A model generated the notes under the pieces. That model had not been told where the DNA came from and did no database searches. It saw nothing but the letters and a program-made list of their open reading frames with translations. The translations under genes and the position numbers were made by a program. This document shows positions 51,878-61,933 of a DNA stretch of 64,000 nt, piece after piece. The DNA is from Actinomycetota bacterium (GTDB lineage Bacteria; Actinomycetota; Thermoleophilia; Gaiellales; Gaiellaceae), in assembly GCA_005885125.1 (NCBI GenBank), contig VAXU01000026.1, positions 1,532-65,531 of the forward strand. The letters are read 5' to 3'. Within the stretch, counting starts at the first letter, position 1. The number at the start of each line of letters is the position of its first letter.

Positions 51878-54026
51878 TCCAGTTCTTCGCCTGCTGTTCG
51901 TTCAACGCCTGACCCGCGAACTGAGCCTTGTTCAGGCCGGTTCGGATCGCGGCCATCAGCGCGTTGCGGGCATCGGTCAGATCGGAGATCTGCTTCTCGA
52001 TCGACGTGTACTTCGAGTCGTCGGCCGGACTACCGCTCGCAAGCGCCTTCGTGGACGCCACAAGCGTGTCCATCGCGAACGTACCGAACGACGCTGTCAG
52101 TTGCTTGTACACCGCGCCGAGCCGCAGGAGCGTCTCACGATGCGCCCGCAGCGTCTGCGGCACCGCCCAGTCGTACAGCGGCTCGACGACTGCTCGCCCG
52201 TCGGTCTCGTAGTCGTCCTTCAGACCGAGCAGCGTCATCATCGTCGGCCGGACGTCCGTGTGGTCGGTCCAGCCCGTGTAGTCACCGACGTTCCTCACTC
52301 CCGGCCCGACCATGCCGACCCAGGTCGACGCGATCTCGTCCTGGATGTCGCCGTGGTTCCACGCGAAGCTCTGCGACGTGCGTGCCGGAATGAACGCACA
52401 GGCGGCCGGTGTCGCACAATTCGCGCCGCCCGTGGCGAAGAAGAACCAATCCGGGTCGGCGAACGGTGTGAACGTCGGCGTCCGGAACGGATCCGCCGTG
52501 ACCATGTGCAGCGTCTTCATCTCGGTCTTGTCCGCGAGCGCGACCATGATGTTGTTCTCGGTCGCGTTCGTATACGGGTTCAGCCAGCTCAGCTGCCCCA
52601 TTTCGCGCTCCAGTGTGCGGGTGGCAGGGTCGGTCTGGCTGGGATTGCCGTTGATGTACACGTTCGGCGCGTCATCGGAATGAACGCTGAAGTTCGTCGT
52701 GTCGTTGAACTGCGTCCGGATCATGCGCCTGAGGTCGCCGTTGATCTCGCCGACGCGGTTGTAGTTGCACGGCACGATGAGACCGTCGCAGCCTGCCGGC
52801 GTCGGCTGGTCGCCGGCGAAATGGTCGCCCTCGTCGACCGTGACGACGAAGAGCGTGTTGCTCTTGTTGATCCCGTCGGCCGCGAGGCGGTTGAAGAACT
52901 TCTCGAACGCTAGGTCGTAGTCCTTCAACTGCTGCACGTACCCCGGCTCTCCCGGGCCGTACGCGAAGTGAATGTTTCCGGACGTGCCATGCCCGTCATG
53001 GGCGTCCGAGATGTACCCGTACGTGACGGGGATGCCGGCCTCCTGCATCTGCGCGATCCAGGAGAGCGTGACCGTTGCTTCCATCCCGTCGAAGCCGGGG
53101 AAGCCGACGTGCCCGGTCGCGTCCTGGATCGTGTTGCCGTTGAGGTCGGTCATCGGACCGCTCGGCTTGATCATCGGATTGACGTACTTCGCGCCGAAGA
53201 GGCCGTTGAAGCCCGAGTAGCCGCCCGGCTCGTCCGGGAGCAGGTCGGGCCGGCCGTGGTTCGCCGCCGCGCAAAGTGAGGAGCCCTGCGCACAATGGAC
53301 GCCGAGGCCGACGAAGTCGGCGAATGCCTGGGCCGGGTTGCTGGAGACTTCCGCCGCCTCGGGCGAACCCGCACCGAACACCGTCGGGATGTCGATCGCC
53401 GTGTTCTCGAGGATCGTGTTCGCCGTCGCCACAGAGCCAACGTCACAGCCGGCCCGCGTGTAGGGGACCCACGGCGCCGGAGCGATCTTCCCTTTCTCGT
53501 TGATCATTTCCGGAGTGAGGTCCGTCTGAGCGGCCGGTGGGAACGGAGGTCCGGCGGGATCGAACAGCGGCGCCGTCCAGTAGGCGAACGACACGCCCGT
53601 CCGGGATGCGCCGCTCGTCGTGAAGTACCGATAGCTGTTCGAGATCGGCTGTCCCATGCGATCCGGATAGACGCCAGTAAGCGACGTCAGGATTCCTGTC
53701 GCAGTGTGCGAGATCAGCACGGTGTGGTCGTTCGTCATCAGCGTGCCGTTGCCGCGGATGAAGTTGAGTAGGTGCGGCATCTGCTCCAGGTCCGACGGAA
53801 CGTTCGCGTTGTCACGCCGGAAGTGCGTGTTGTCGAACTGGAGGTAGATCACGTGCTTGATGTCGCCCTTGGCCGAGCTCAAGTTGCAGCTCGGCGCGGC
53901 CGCGAGCGTGCGTGAGGTACCGCCGCCACCGCCGCCGGATCGCACCTGCGCCGCAGCAAGACCGACCGCGACGAGGCACATCAGGGCAAGGACGCCCAGG
54001 GCGCCCGCCCGTTGCCTACGAGTCAT
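51822..54026 (-). CDS. Secreted alkaline-phosphatase-superfamily phosphoesterase-like protein
   Basis: 734 aa with a signal/TM N-terminus. HVIYLQFDNTH...SHTATGILTSLTGVYPDRMG and ISDAHDGHG metal-site-like motifs. GGAGG precedes ATG 54026. The subfamily is uncertain. Confidence 0.6.
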   Translation of the reverse strand: MTRRQRAGALGVLALMCLVAVGLAAAQVRSGGGGGGTSRTLAAAPSCNLSSAKGDIKHVIYLQFDNTHFRRDNANVPSDLEQMPHLLNFIRGNGTLMTNDHTVLISHTATGILTSLTGVYPDRMGQPISNSYRYFTTSGASRTGVSFAYWTAPLFDPAGPPFPPAAQTDLTPEMINEKGKIAPAPWVPYTRAGCDVGSVATANTILENTAIDIPTVFGAGSPEAAEVSSNPAQAFADFVGLGVHCAQGSSLCAAANHGRPDLLPDEPGGYSGFNGLFGAKYVNPMIKPSGPMTDLNGNTIQDATGHVGFPGFDGMEATVTLSWIAQMQEAGIPVTYGYISDAHDGHGTSGNIHFAYGPGEPGYVQQLKDYDLAFEKFFNRLAADGINKSNTLFVVTVDEGDHFAGDQPTPAGCDGLIVPCNYNRVGEINGDLRRMIRTQFNDTTNFSVHSDDAPNVYINGNPSQTDPATRTLEREMGQLSWLNPYTNATENNIMVALADKTEMKTLHMVTADPFRTPTFTPFADPDWFFFATGGANCATPAACAFIPARTSQSFAWNHGDIQDEIASTWVGMVGPGVRNVGDYTGWTDHTDVRPTMMTLLGLKDDYETDGRAVVEPLYDWAVPQTLRAHRETLLRLGAVYKQLTASFGTFAMDTLVASTKALASGSPADDSKYTSIEKQISDLTDARNALMAAIRTGLNKAQFAGQALNEQQAKNWITQAQDLIDQASALAASS

Positions 54027-54104
54027 GCTCTCCTCCCCTTGAGGTGACGGGAAGACCGTAACGCGCCTTGGCTTCGCGTGGGGAGGGGTCTGGAAAGCGG
54101 CCGG

Positions 54105-55094
54105 TTACAGCCTGGCGAATCCCATCCGCTCGTACATCGCCTCGAGTGTGGGGGCCGACGCTGCACGCGCCTTGTCGGCGCCGAGTGCAAGGAGGCGGCC
54201 GAGCTCTCCCTCGTCGGCACGCAGTTCCTCGTACCGGGCGCGGATCGGCGTGAGCAGTGTCACGATCGATTCTGCGACCTCCTCCTTGAAGCGCCCGTAG
54301 CCGGAGCCGTCGTACCGTGCCTCGATCTCGGGGATCGACTCTCCCGTCGTCACAGAGAGAAGCTCGATCAGGTTCGAGATCCCGGCCTTCGCGTCGGGGT
54401 CGTAGCGGACGTCGCTCCCCGAATCGGTGACGGCACTCTTCACCTTCTTGCGGATCGTGTCCGGTGGGTCGAGCATCAGCACGGTCCCCTGAGACGCGCC
54501 CCGCGATTTGGACATCTTCACGTCCGGCTCTTGCAGATTCATGACTCGGCCGCCCGTGTCGGGGAAGACGCCCTCGGGGACGACGAACGTCTCGCCGAAG
54601 CGGTGGTTGAAGCGCTGCGCAACGTCGCGCGCGAGCTCAAGATGCTGGCGCTGGTCGTCGCCGATCGGGACGATGTCGGTCTGGTAGAGCAGGATGTCGC
54701 CGGCCATCAGGATCGGATACGTGAACAGGCCGGCGGAGACGAATTCCTCGTCCTCCGCCTTCTCCTTGAACTGCGTCATCCGCGCGAGCTGGCCGTAGCT
54801 CGTCACGGCCGACAACAGCCAAGCCGCCTCGGCGTGCGCGGTGACGTGGCTCTGGACGAAGACGACGGAGCGGTTCGGGTCGATCCCCGTCGCGAACAGC
54901 ATCGCGGCGATGTCGAGCGTCCCCTGGCGGAGCTCGGCGGGATCGTGCTGAATCGTGATCGCGTGCAGGTCGACGATGCAGAAGAAGGCCTCGCCTCGCT
55001 CCTGGGTGGCGGCGTACTGGCGGAAGCCGCCGGAGTAGTTGCCGATGTGGGGATCGCCTGTCGGTTGGATGCCGCTGAAGATGCGCACGGTCAA
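54105..55094 (-). CDS. trpS: Tryptophan--tRNA ligase
   Basis: GIQPTGDPHIGNY (HIGH-type) and KMSKS motifs. Confidence 0.92.
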   Translation of the reverse strand: MTVRIFSGIQPTGDPHIGNYSGGFRQYAATQERGEAFFCIVDLHAITIQHDPAELRQGTLDIAAMLFATGIDPNRSVVFVQSHVTAHAEAAWLLSAVTSYGQLARMTQFKEKAEDEEFVSAGLFTYPILMAGDILLYQTDIVPIGDDQRQHLELARDVAQRFNHRFGETFVVPEGVFPDTGGRVMNLQEPDVKMSKSRGASQGTVLMLDPPDTIRKKVKSAVTDSGSDVRYDPDAKAGISNLIELLSVTTGESIPEIEARYDGSGYGRFKEEVAESIVTLLTPIRARYEELRADEGELGRLLALGADKARAASAPTLEAMYERMGFARL

Positions 55095-55284
55095 GCTCCA
55101 TTCTGTCGCGCGGGACGGGAACGGTGAGGTCGAGCGGGCGGGCTGTGGGCGCGCGCTAGGCCGCGCGCAGGCTCCCGCCGCGCTCGCTGCGCCAGCCCCA
55201 GCCGCGAGTCTGCAGTGCGGGAGTCATCCGTCTCAGCGTAGCCGCGATCCGGGCTGGACGAAAGGCGCTATCTACACTGAATCG

Positions 55285-56640
55285 ATGGCTGTCACCGGCT
55301 CCACCTGGTCTCCGTCCTCCTGGCACGCTTACGCCGCGGCGCAGCAGCCCGACTGGCCGAGCCCCGAGCGGGCCGAGACGATCCGCGCGCAGCTGGCCGC
55401 GATGCCGCCACTCGTCTTCGCGGGCGAGGCACGCGCGCTCAGGGATGCGCTCGCCAAGGTCGCGGAGGGCCGTGCGTTCCTGCTGCAGGCCGGCGACTGC
55501 GTCGAGTCCTTCCAGGAGTTCACGGCGATCACGATCCGGGAGAAGCTGAAGATCATGCTCCAGATGGCGGCCGTGCTCACATACGGCGCCACGCTCCCCG
55601 TCGTCAAGGTCGGGCGGATCGCCGGGCAATTCGTGAAGCCTCGCTCGTCGCCGACGGAGCGGGTCGGCGACGAGGAGATCCCGTCGTTCCGCGGGCACAT
55701 GGTGAACGGCGATGCGCCGACGCGCGACGCTCGGCGCCCAGATCCGGACCGAATGCTGCAGGGCTATCACCAGTCGGCGGCGACGCTCAACCTCGTCCGC
55801 GCGTTCACGAAGGGCGGCTTCGCCGACCTGAACCAGGTGCACATGTGGAACCAGGAGTTCGTCGCGTCGTCGCCCCAGGGCCGCCGCTACGAACAGCTCG
55901 CGTCGGAGATCGAGCGCGCGCTCCGCTTCATGGCCGCCTGCGGGATCGACCTCGGCGACGAGCCGCACCTGCACCAGGTCGACTACTGGACGAGCCACGA
56001 GGGACTCCTGCTCGAGTACGAGGAGGCGTTGACGCGGCGCGACTCGCTGACCGGTGACTGGTACGACTGCTCCGCGCACATGCTCTGGATCGGCGAGCGC
56101 ACGCGGCAGGCCGACGGGGCGCACGTCGAGTTCTTCGCCGGCGTGCACAACCCGGTCGGCGTCAAGCTCGGCCCGACGGCCACGCCGGAGGAAGCGCTCG
56201 AGCTCTGCGAGCGGCTGAACCCGCAGCGCGCACCCGGACGCCTGACTCTGGTCACTCGCATGGGCTCGAGCCGTGTTTTCGACCTGCTGCCGCCGATCCT
56301 GCGCGCGGTGCGTGACGCCGAGCATCCCGTCGTCTGGGCGTGCGACCCGATGCACGCGAACGTTCTGACGAGCTCGGGCGGACGGAAGACCCGGCACTTC
56401 GACGACGTCCTCGGCGAGATCGAGGGCTTCTTCGCCGCGCACCGGCAGGCCGGCACGTGGCCCGGCGGCGTGCACCTGGAGTTCACCGGCGACGACGTGA
56501 CGGAGTGCCTCGGCGGCTCGGAGGACGTCCAGGAGGAGCAGTTGGACTCCAGGTACATGTCGCTGTGCGATCCGCGCTTGAACGCGCGCCAGTCGCTCGA
56601 CCTCGCCTTCCGCGTCGCCGAGCTGATGCGCTCTGCCTAG
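55285..56640 (+). CDS. aroG: 3-deoxy-7-phosphoheptulonate (DAHP) synthase, class II
   Basis: ATG 55285. WSPSSWH...QQPDWP, LLQAGDCVESF, RIAGQFVKPRS, WIGERTRQ, and a C-terminal CDPRLN motif. Confidence 0.9.
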   Translation: MAVTGSTWSPSSWHAYAAAQQPDWPSPERAETIRAQLAAMPPLVFAGEARALRDALAKVAEGRAFLLQAGDCVESFQEFTAITIREKLKIMLQMAAVLTYGATLPVVKVGRIAGQFVKPRSSPTERVGDEEIPSFRGHMVNGDAPTRDARRPDPDRMLQGYHQSAATLNLVRAFTKGGFADLNQVHMWNQEFVASSPQGRRYEQLASEIERALRFMAACGIDLGDEPHLHQVDYWTSHEGLLLEYEEALTRRDSLTGDWYDCSAHMLWIGERTRQADGAHVEFFAGVHNPVGVKLGPTATPEEALELCERLNPQRAPGRLTLVTRMGSSRVFDLLPPILRAVRDAEHPVVWACDPMHANVLTSSGGRKTRHFDDVLGEIEGFFAAHRQAGTWPGGVHLEFTGDDVTECLGGSEDVQEEQLDSRYMSLCDPRLNARQSLDLAFRVAELMRSA

Positions 56641-56743
56641 GGCGTTCGGAATGAATTCGATTGCATCGACCGGTCATTTCAGACGGATGCATGGTCAAAG
56701 CCCACGCATCCTGGTGTCGGCACCGCAAGCGGCGCCTTAGCTC

Positions 56744-57838
56744 GTGACCGTGCGCAGGCTCGCAGTCGTCGGCACCGGGCTGATCGGCGCCTCGGTCGGT
56801 CTCGCCGCGCGCGAGGCGGGCGTCGGCGAGGTCCGCGGCTGGGACGTCGATCCCGACGCGCTCGCGGCCGCCGGCGAACGCGGTGCCGTGGAGCCCGCGA
56901 GCTCGCTGGCGGCGGCGGTCGAGGGCGCGGAGCTCGCGGTTGTCGCCGCGCCGGTCGCCGCCCTGCCGGACGGCGTGGGGGAGGTGCTCGCCGCGAGCGG
57001 CGCGCAAACGACGGTCACGGACGTCGGCTCGACGAAGAGCGCAGTCACCAACGCGGTCACCGACGCGAGGTTCATAGGCGGCCATCCCGTTTGCGGATCG
57101 GAGGCGCGCGGCGCGGCGCACGCGAACGGTGAGCTCTTCCGCGGCGCGACCTGGTTCCTGACGCCCGTCGCCGCGACCGAGCCCGAGCGCTACCGCACGC
57201 TTCACGGCTTCGTCGCCTCGCTCGGCGCCGTTCCCGTTGCCGTCGACCCGCAGGCGCACGACCGCCTCGTCGCGCTGACGAGTCACCTGCCACACGCATT
57301 GGCGAACCTGCTCCTCAACCAGGCGGGAACGAACCGGATCGAGGGACACGATCCGCTCGCTGCCGCGGGCGGCTCGCTTCGCGACATGACCCGTGTCGCG
57401 GGTGCGAACCCGCGCATCTGGGTCGACATCTTCCTCGACAACGCCGATGCACTCCGCGACACGCTTGCCGAGCACCGGCGTCGCATCGAGCAGGTCGAGC
57501 GCGCGCTCGAGGCGGGCGACGCCGGCTTTCTCGCGCGCTGGATCGCGGAGGCCGCCGGCAACCGTCGCCGCATGCTCGCCGAGGCGTATGACCAGCCGGG
57601 CGCGCTGCAGCGGCTTCGTGTGCACGTTCCCGACCGGCCCGGCGTCCTGGCCGGGATCACACAAGCGCTCGGCGCGGAGCGAATCAACATCGAGGACTTC
57701 GAGCTCCACCACATGTCGCGTGAGCGCGGGGGCACACTGACGCTCCTGGTGTCGGGCGAGGGAGAGGCGCGGCGCGCTGTCGACCTGCTCGAGGCGCAGG
57801 GCTATTCCGTGGTGGTCGCGCCGGTGCTGGACGAATGA
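56744..57838 (+). CDS. tyrA: Prephenate dehydrogenase with C-terminal ACT domain
   Basis: VVGTGLIGASVG Rossmann, DVGSTK, FIGGHPVCGSE, ACT-like VHVPDRPGVLAGITQALG. Confidence 0.85.
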   Translation: MTVRRLAVVGTGLIGASVGLAAREAGVGEVRGWDVDPDALAAAGERGAVEPASSLAAAVEGAELAVVAAPVAALPDGVGEVLAASGAQTTVTDVGSTKSAVTNAVTDARFIGGHPVCGSEARGAAHANGELFRGATWFLTPVAATEPERYRTLHGFVASLGAVPVAVDPQAHDRLVALTSHLPHALANLLLNQAGTNRIEGHDPLAAAGGSLRDMTRVAGANPRIWVDIFLDNADALRDTLAEHRRRIEQVERALEAGDAGFLARWIAEAAGNRRRMLAEAYDQPGALQRLRVHVPDRPGVLAGITQALGAERINIEDFELHHMSRERGGTLTLLVSGEGEARRAVDLLEAQGYSVVVAPVLDE

Positions 57839-57860
57839 GCCACGCCTGTTTCGGCCGCGC

Positions 57861-57873
57861 GGTGCCAGGCACC
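57861..57873. repeat. Palindrome GGTGCCAGGCACC (family 2, copy 4) in the tyrA-aroA spacer
   Basis: Same 13-nt core (central A instead of T), followed by the hairpin TCACAC-GGAA-GTGTGA at 57884-57899. Confidence 0.8.
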
Positions 57874-58025
57874 GGTTTGAGGTTCACACGGAAGTGTGAC
57901 GAGATCGCCAAGCCGCTCGAGGGCGTTTTTCCCGCTGCGCGGTCGACGCCGCGCGGAGAAGGTGTCGAACGGCGTCGTCGTCGGGCGGGTGTCGGACGAA
58001 AGGGCCGCGGCTGCTTTCGCGGCCC

Positions 58026-58038
58026 GGTGCCAGGCACC
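58026..58038. repeat. Palindrome GGTGCCAGGCACC (family 2, copy 5), 8 nt upstream of the aroA start
   Basis: Same core, preceded by CTTTCGCGGCCC as in the other copies. Confidence 0.8.
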
Positions 58039-58045
58039 GCGACGG

Positions 58046-59347
58046 ATGACTGACGGGACCGTGACGAGAGTGGAACCGGCAGGCTCCCTCGTCGGGCATA
58101 TCGCGGTTCCCGGCGACAAGTCGATCTCGCACCGCGCGCTGCTGATCGGCGCCCTCACCGAGGGCGAGACGCGGGTGCACGATTTCGGCCGCTCCGGCGA
58201 CACGGAATCGACACTCGCGGCGGTGCGCGCACTCGGCGTCCGGGTCGACGAGGAGGCGGACGACGAGCTCGTCGTCCACGGCGTGGGGCTGCGCGGGCTG
58301 CGTGCGCCGGCGGAGCCGATCGACGCCGGCAACGCCGGCACGCTGCTGCGACTGCTCACCGGAATCCTCGCCGCCCAGCCGGGAACGTACGAGCTCACCG
58401 GCGACGAGTCTCTCCGCTCGCGGCCGATGGACCGGGTCGCGGAGCCGCTGACGCGGATGGGGGCGCGGATCACGACAACAGACGGGCGCGCGCCGTTGAC
58501 GATCGAAGGCTCGGACGCGTTGCGCGGCATCGACTACAAGCTGCCGGTCGCCTCCGCGCAGGTGAAGTCCGCGCTGCTCCTCGCCGGCCTGAACGCGCAG
58601 GGGACCACGACGGTCGTCGAGCCGGTGCAGACGCGCGACCACACCGAGCTCATGCTCGAAGCCGCGGGTGCGAGCGTGCGCCGCCGTCCTTCGTCCGTCT
58701 CCGTCGAGCCCGCGGGAAGGCTGCGGCTGGACGAGGTCGTCGTTCCCGGCGATTTCTCCGCCGCGGCGCCGTTCGTCGTCGCCGCGACGCTGCTCGCGGG
58801 CTCCGAGCTCACGATCCACGACGTCGGTCTCAATCCCCGGCGCATCGGCCTGCTCGACGTGCTGGAGCGGATGGGAGCGCGCATCAGCGTCTTCAACCGT
58901 CGGAAGCTCGGCGGCGAGTGGATCGGAGACCTCGACGTTCGCTCCGCGGAGCTGACCGGGGCCGAGATCACGCCGGAGGAAGTCCCGCAGCTCGTCGACG
59001 AGCTGCCGCTGTTCGCGCTCGCCGCCGCACTCTCGCGCGGCGAGAGCCGCGTCCGCGGCGCCGGCGAGCTCCGGGTCAAGGAAACGGACCGGATCGAAAG
59101 CGTGACGAATGCGCTCAAGGCCCTGGGCGTGCGCATCCGCGCGAGCGACGATGGATTCGGTGTGCGCGGCGTCCCCTCACGGCCGTACGGCGGCAAGATG
59201 AGCTCCGACGGCGACCATCGGATCGCGATGGTCGGCGCGATCGCCGGGCTCGTCTCGCGTGAGGGCGTCGACGTCGGGGACGCCGATGCGGCGGCTATAA
59301 GCTTCCCCGGGTTTTTCGACGTTCTGGACTCGGTCTCACGACGATGA
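58046..59347 (+). CDS. aroA: 3-phosphoshikimate 1-carboxyvinyltransferase (EPSP synthase)
   Basis: ATG 58046. VPGDKSISHRALL, GNAGT, LRVKETDRI, DHRIAM. Confidence 0.9.
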   Translation: MTDGTVTRVEPAGSLVGHIAVPGDKSISHRALLIGALTEGETRVHDFGRSGDTESTLAAVRALGVRVDEEADDELVVHGVGLRGLRAPAEPIDAGNAGTLLRLLTGILAAQPGTYELTGDESLRSRPMDRVAEPLTRMGARITTTDGRAPLTIEGSDALRGIDYKLPVASAQVKSALLLAGLNAQGTTTVVEPVQTRDHTELMLEAAGASVRRRPSSVSVEPAGRLRLDEVVVPGDFSAAAPFVVAATLLAGSELTIHDVGLNPRRIGLLDVLERMGARISVFNRRKLGGEWIGDLDVRSAELTGAEITPEEVPQLVDELPLFALAAALSRGESRVRGAGELRVKETDRIESVTNALKALGVRIRASDDGFGVRGVPSRPYGGKMSSDGDHRIAMVGAIAGLVSREGVDVGDADAAAISFPGFFDVLDSVSRR

Positions 59348-59976
59348 TCGTTGCCATCGACGGCCCCGCGGGGGCAGGGAAGAGCACGGTCGCGCGGCGG
59401 CTCGCGGAGCGACTCGGCTTCCGCTACCTCGACACCGGCGCGATGTACCGCGCGCTGACCTGGCTCGCCATGAACAGGGGGATCGCTCTCGACCGGGCGG
59501 ACGACCTCGCGCGGCTCGCAATGGAGTATCCGGTCACGTTTGACGACCAAGGGCGCGTCTGGATCGCCGGAACCGACGTCACCGCGTCGATCCGCCAGGC
59601 CCGCATCGACCGCCAGGTTCCCGTCGTTGCGCGCCATCCGCCGGTGCGCGAGGTGATGCGCGAGCGGCAGCGCCAGCTCGGCGCCGAGGGCGACGTCGTG
59701 ATCGAGGGCCGGGACATCGGCACCGTCGTCGCGCCGAACGCGGAGGTGAAGGTGTATCTCAACGCCGACGTGTCAGTGCGCGCGCGACGCCGTCAGGAGG
59801 AACGACCGGACATCGGCGGCGACGCGCTCGCCACCGATCTGCGACTGCGCGACGAGAGCGATGCCGCCCGGATGCGACCTGCAGCGGGCGCCGAGCAGAT
59901 CGACACCACCGCGCTCCAGGTCGACGACGTCGTCGACCAGATCGAGCGCCTCGTTCGCGAGCGGCAACCGGCATGA
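59344..59976 (+). CDS. cmk: Cytidylate kinase
   Basis: IAIDGPAGAGKST, LDTGAMYRA. ATGA overlap with aroA. Confidence 0.92.
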   Translation: MIVAIDGPAGAGKSTVARRLAERLGFRYLDTGAMYRALTWLAMNRGIALDRADDLARLAMEYPVTFDDQGRVWIAGTDVTASIRQARIDRQVPVVARHPPVREVMRERQRQLGAEGDVVIEGRDIGTVVAPNAEVKVYLNADVSVRARRRQEERPDIGGDALATDLRLRDESDAARMRPAAGAEQIDTTALQVDDVVDQIERLVRERQPA

Positions 59977-60620
59977 ACCGCATTCAGGCCGCGCAGATCG
60001 TCGGGCGGCCGGTGTTCGCAGCCCTCACGCGCACGTTCGCGCGTCTGCGGGTCTATGGCATCGACAGGATCCCGCGCCACGGCCCGCTCGTCCTCTGCTT
60101 CAACCACTTCTCGTGGCTCGATCCGTGGGCGATCGGCAACCCAATTCCCCGTACCGTCTACTACGTCGCCAAGCAGGAGGCGCACGACACGCCGGTGATG
60201 GGCTGGTTCATCCGGCTCTTCGGGACGACGCCCGTGCGCCGAGGCGAATCGGACCGCGAGGCAGTGCGCATGATGCGTGAGATCGTGCGGCGCGGTGACG
60301 CGCTGGGAATGTTTCCGGAAGGGACGCGGCAGGAGCGTGAGCCGGGCGATGTACTGCCGGGCGCGGCGATGATCGCGATCCAGGAGGGAGCCCCCGTCGT
60401 CTGCGGTGCGATCCACGGCTCGCAGGACTGGCGCTTCGGCAACTTCCATCCCGTGTCCGTCGCGTTTGGCGAGCCGTTCTCGCTCGACCGGCACCCGCAC
60501 AATTCGCAGGGCTACCGCGCGGGGTCGGCGGAGATCCAGCGGGAGCTCCGGCGCCTGTGGGAGTTCCTGGTGGAGATGCACGAGGTCGGCCGGCCGCGCG
60601 TCGCCGTTCCACCGACATGA
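59973..60620 (+). CDS. plsC: 1-acyl-sn-glycerol-3-phosphate acyltransferase
   Basis: NHFSWLDP (HX4D) and FPEGTR motifs. Confidence 0.85.
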   Translation: MNRIQAAQIVGRPVFAALTRTFARLRVYGIDRIPRHGPLVLCFNHFSWLDPWAIGNPIPRTVYYVAKQEAHDTPVMGWFIRLFGTTPVRRGESDREAVRMMREIVRRGDALGMFPEGTRQEREPGDVLPGAAMIAIQEGAPVVCGAIHGSQDWRFGNFHPVSVAFGEPFSLDRHPHNSQGYRAGSAEIQRELRRLWEFLVEMHEVGRPRVAVPPT

Positions 60621-61933
60621 GCACGACGGACGGGCCGCTGCTCGGAACGGTTGCGATCGTCGGCTTCCCGAACGTCGGCAAGTCGACGCTCGTGAACCGG
60701 CTCACGGAATCCCGCGCCGCGGTCGTGCACGAGACGTCCGGCGTGACGCGAGATCGCAAGGAGATCGTCGCGGAGTGGATTGGGAAGCGGTTCCTGATTG
60801 TCGACACCGGCGGCGTCGATGTCGCCGATCCGTCGCCGATCACGCGCTCCGTCGGGGAACAGGCGCGCGAGGCCGTCGACGACGCAGATCTCGTCCTCTT
60901 CGTCGTCGACGCGCGTACGGGGATCACACCCGGTGACGAGGAGGTGGCGGAGATCCTGCGGCGCGCCCGCAAGCCGGTGCTGCTGATCGCCAACAAGATC
61001 GACGATCCGACGCAGGAGGCGCTCGCGCTCGAGTTCCACCGCCTCGGTCTCGGCGACCCGTTTCCCGTTTCGGCCCTCCACGGCTACGGCACGGGCGACC
61101 TCCTCGACGAGGTCGTCGAGCGACTGCCGGGCGCAGGTCGGCCGGAGATCGGTGACGACGCGATCCGCGTTGCGATCCTCGGCCGCCCCAACGTCGGCAA
61201 GTCGTCGCTCCTGAACGCCATGATCGGCCGTGAGCGCGTGATCGTCTCCGACGTTCCCGGGACGACGCGCGACGCGATCGACACGGTCTTCGAGCGCGGC
61301 GACCGCACGTTCGTCTTCGTGGATACGGCGGGCCTGCGCCGCAAGCGGAAGCACCGCCAGGGGATCCAGTACTACTCCGAGCTTCGGGCGCTCGAAGCCG
61401 CGGAGCGCGCGGACGTCGCGCTCGTCCTGATCGACACCACCGAAGGCATCGTCGAGCAGGACCTGTCCGTCGCGGACGTCGCGCGTAAGGCGCAGTGCTC
61501 GACGATCGTCGTCCTCTCGAAATGGGACGAGACGACCGTCGGCATCGAGGACGTTCGACCCGAGCTCGAGCGGCGTCTGCGTCAGCGGCCGCCGTGGGTG
61601 GCCGTGTCGGCGAAGACGGGCCGCGGGATCGAGCGCCTGCTGGACGCGATCGAGCGGCAGTTCGACAAGCACGTGGCGCGAGTGCCGACGGCCGAGCTGA
61701 ATCGCTTCCTCGCGGAGCTGCGCGAGGCGCGCGAGCCGCCGTCGAGGAACGGCAAGCGCCTCAATCTCCTCTACGCCGCGCAGGTCACCGCGCGGCCGCC
61801 GCGCTTCCGCGTATCGGTGAACGACCCGTCGCTCGTCACGCGCGACTACGGCTACTGGATCGAGAACCAGCTCCGCGACCGGTTCGAGCTGGAAGGCGTG
61901 CCGGTCTCGATCGACTTCGTCCGGCGTTCATGA
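60617..61933 (+). CDS. der: Ribosome biogenesis GTPase Der (EngA)
   Basis: ATG 60617 (ATGA overlap). Two G domains: [10 protein letters not shown] and [19 protein letters not shown]-terminal KH-like domain. Confidence 0.92.
   Translation: MSTTDGPLLGTVAIVGFPNVGKSTLVNRLTESRAAVVHETSGVTRDRKEIVAEWIGKRFLIVDTGGVDVADPSPITRSVGEQAREAVDDADLVLFVVDARTGITPGDEEVAEILRRARKPVLLIANKIDDPTQEALALEFHRLGLGDPFPVSALHGYGTGDLLDEVVERLPGAGRPEIGDDAIRVAILGRPNVGKSSLLNAMIGRERVIVSDVPGTTRDAIDTVFERGDRTFVFVDTAGLRRKRKHRQGIQYYSELRALEAAERADVALVLIDTTEGIVEQDLSVADVARKAQCSTIVVLSKWDETTVGIEDVRPELERRLRQRPPWVAVSAKTGRGIERLLDAIERQFDKHVARVPTAELNRFLAELREAREPPSRNGKRLNLLYAAQVTARPPRFRVSVNDPSLVTRDYGYWIENQLRDRFELEGVPVSIDFVRRS

Noticed and set aside
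55095-55284. A T-box or tryptophan leader upstream of trpS / DAHP synthase.
   Set aside because: I found no T-box consensus (..GGGTGGTACCGCG..), no specifier-loop arrangement, and no short Trp/Phe/Tyr-rich leader ORF on either strand.
57835-58053. 72-aa ORF in the tyrA-aroA spacer, and the 'VPGTATKGAQ'-type ORFs at 45177..45743.
   Set aside because: The translations simply follow the repeat-family-2 palindromes (GTGCCAGGCACC reads as VPGT in either direction). They are Arg-rich and have no start context.
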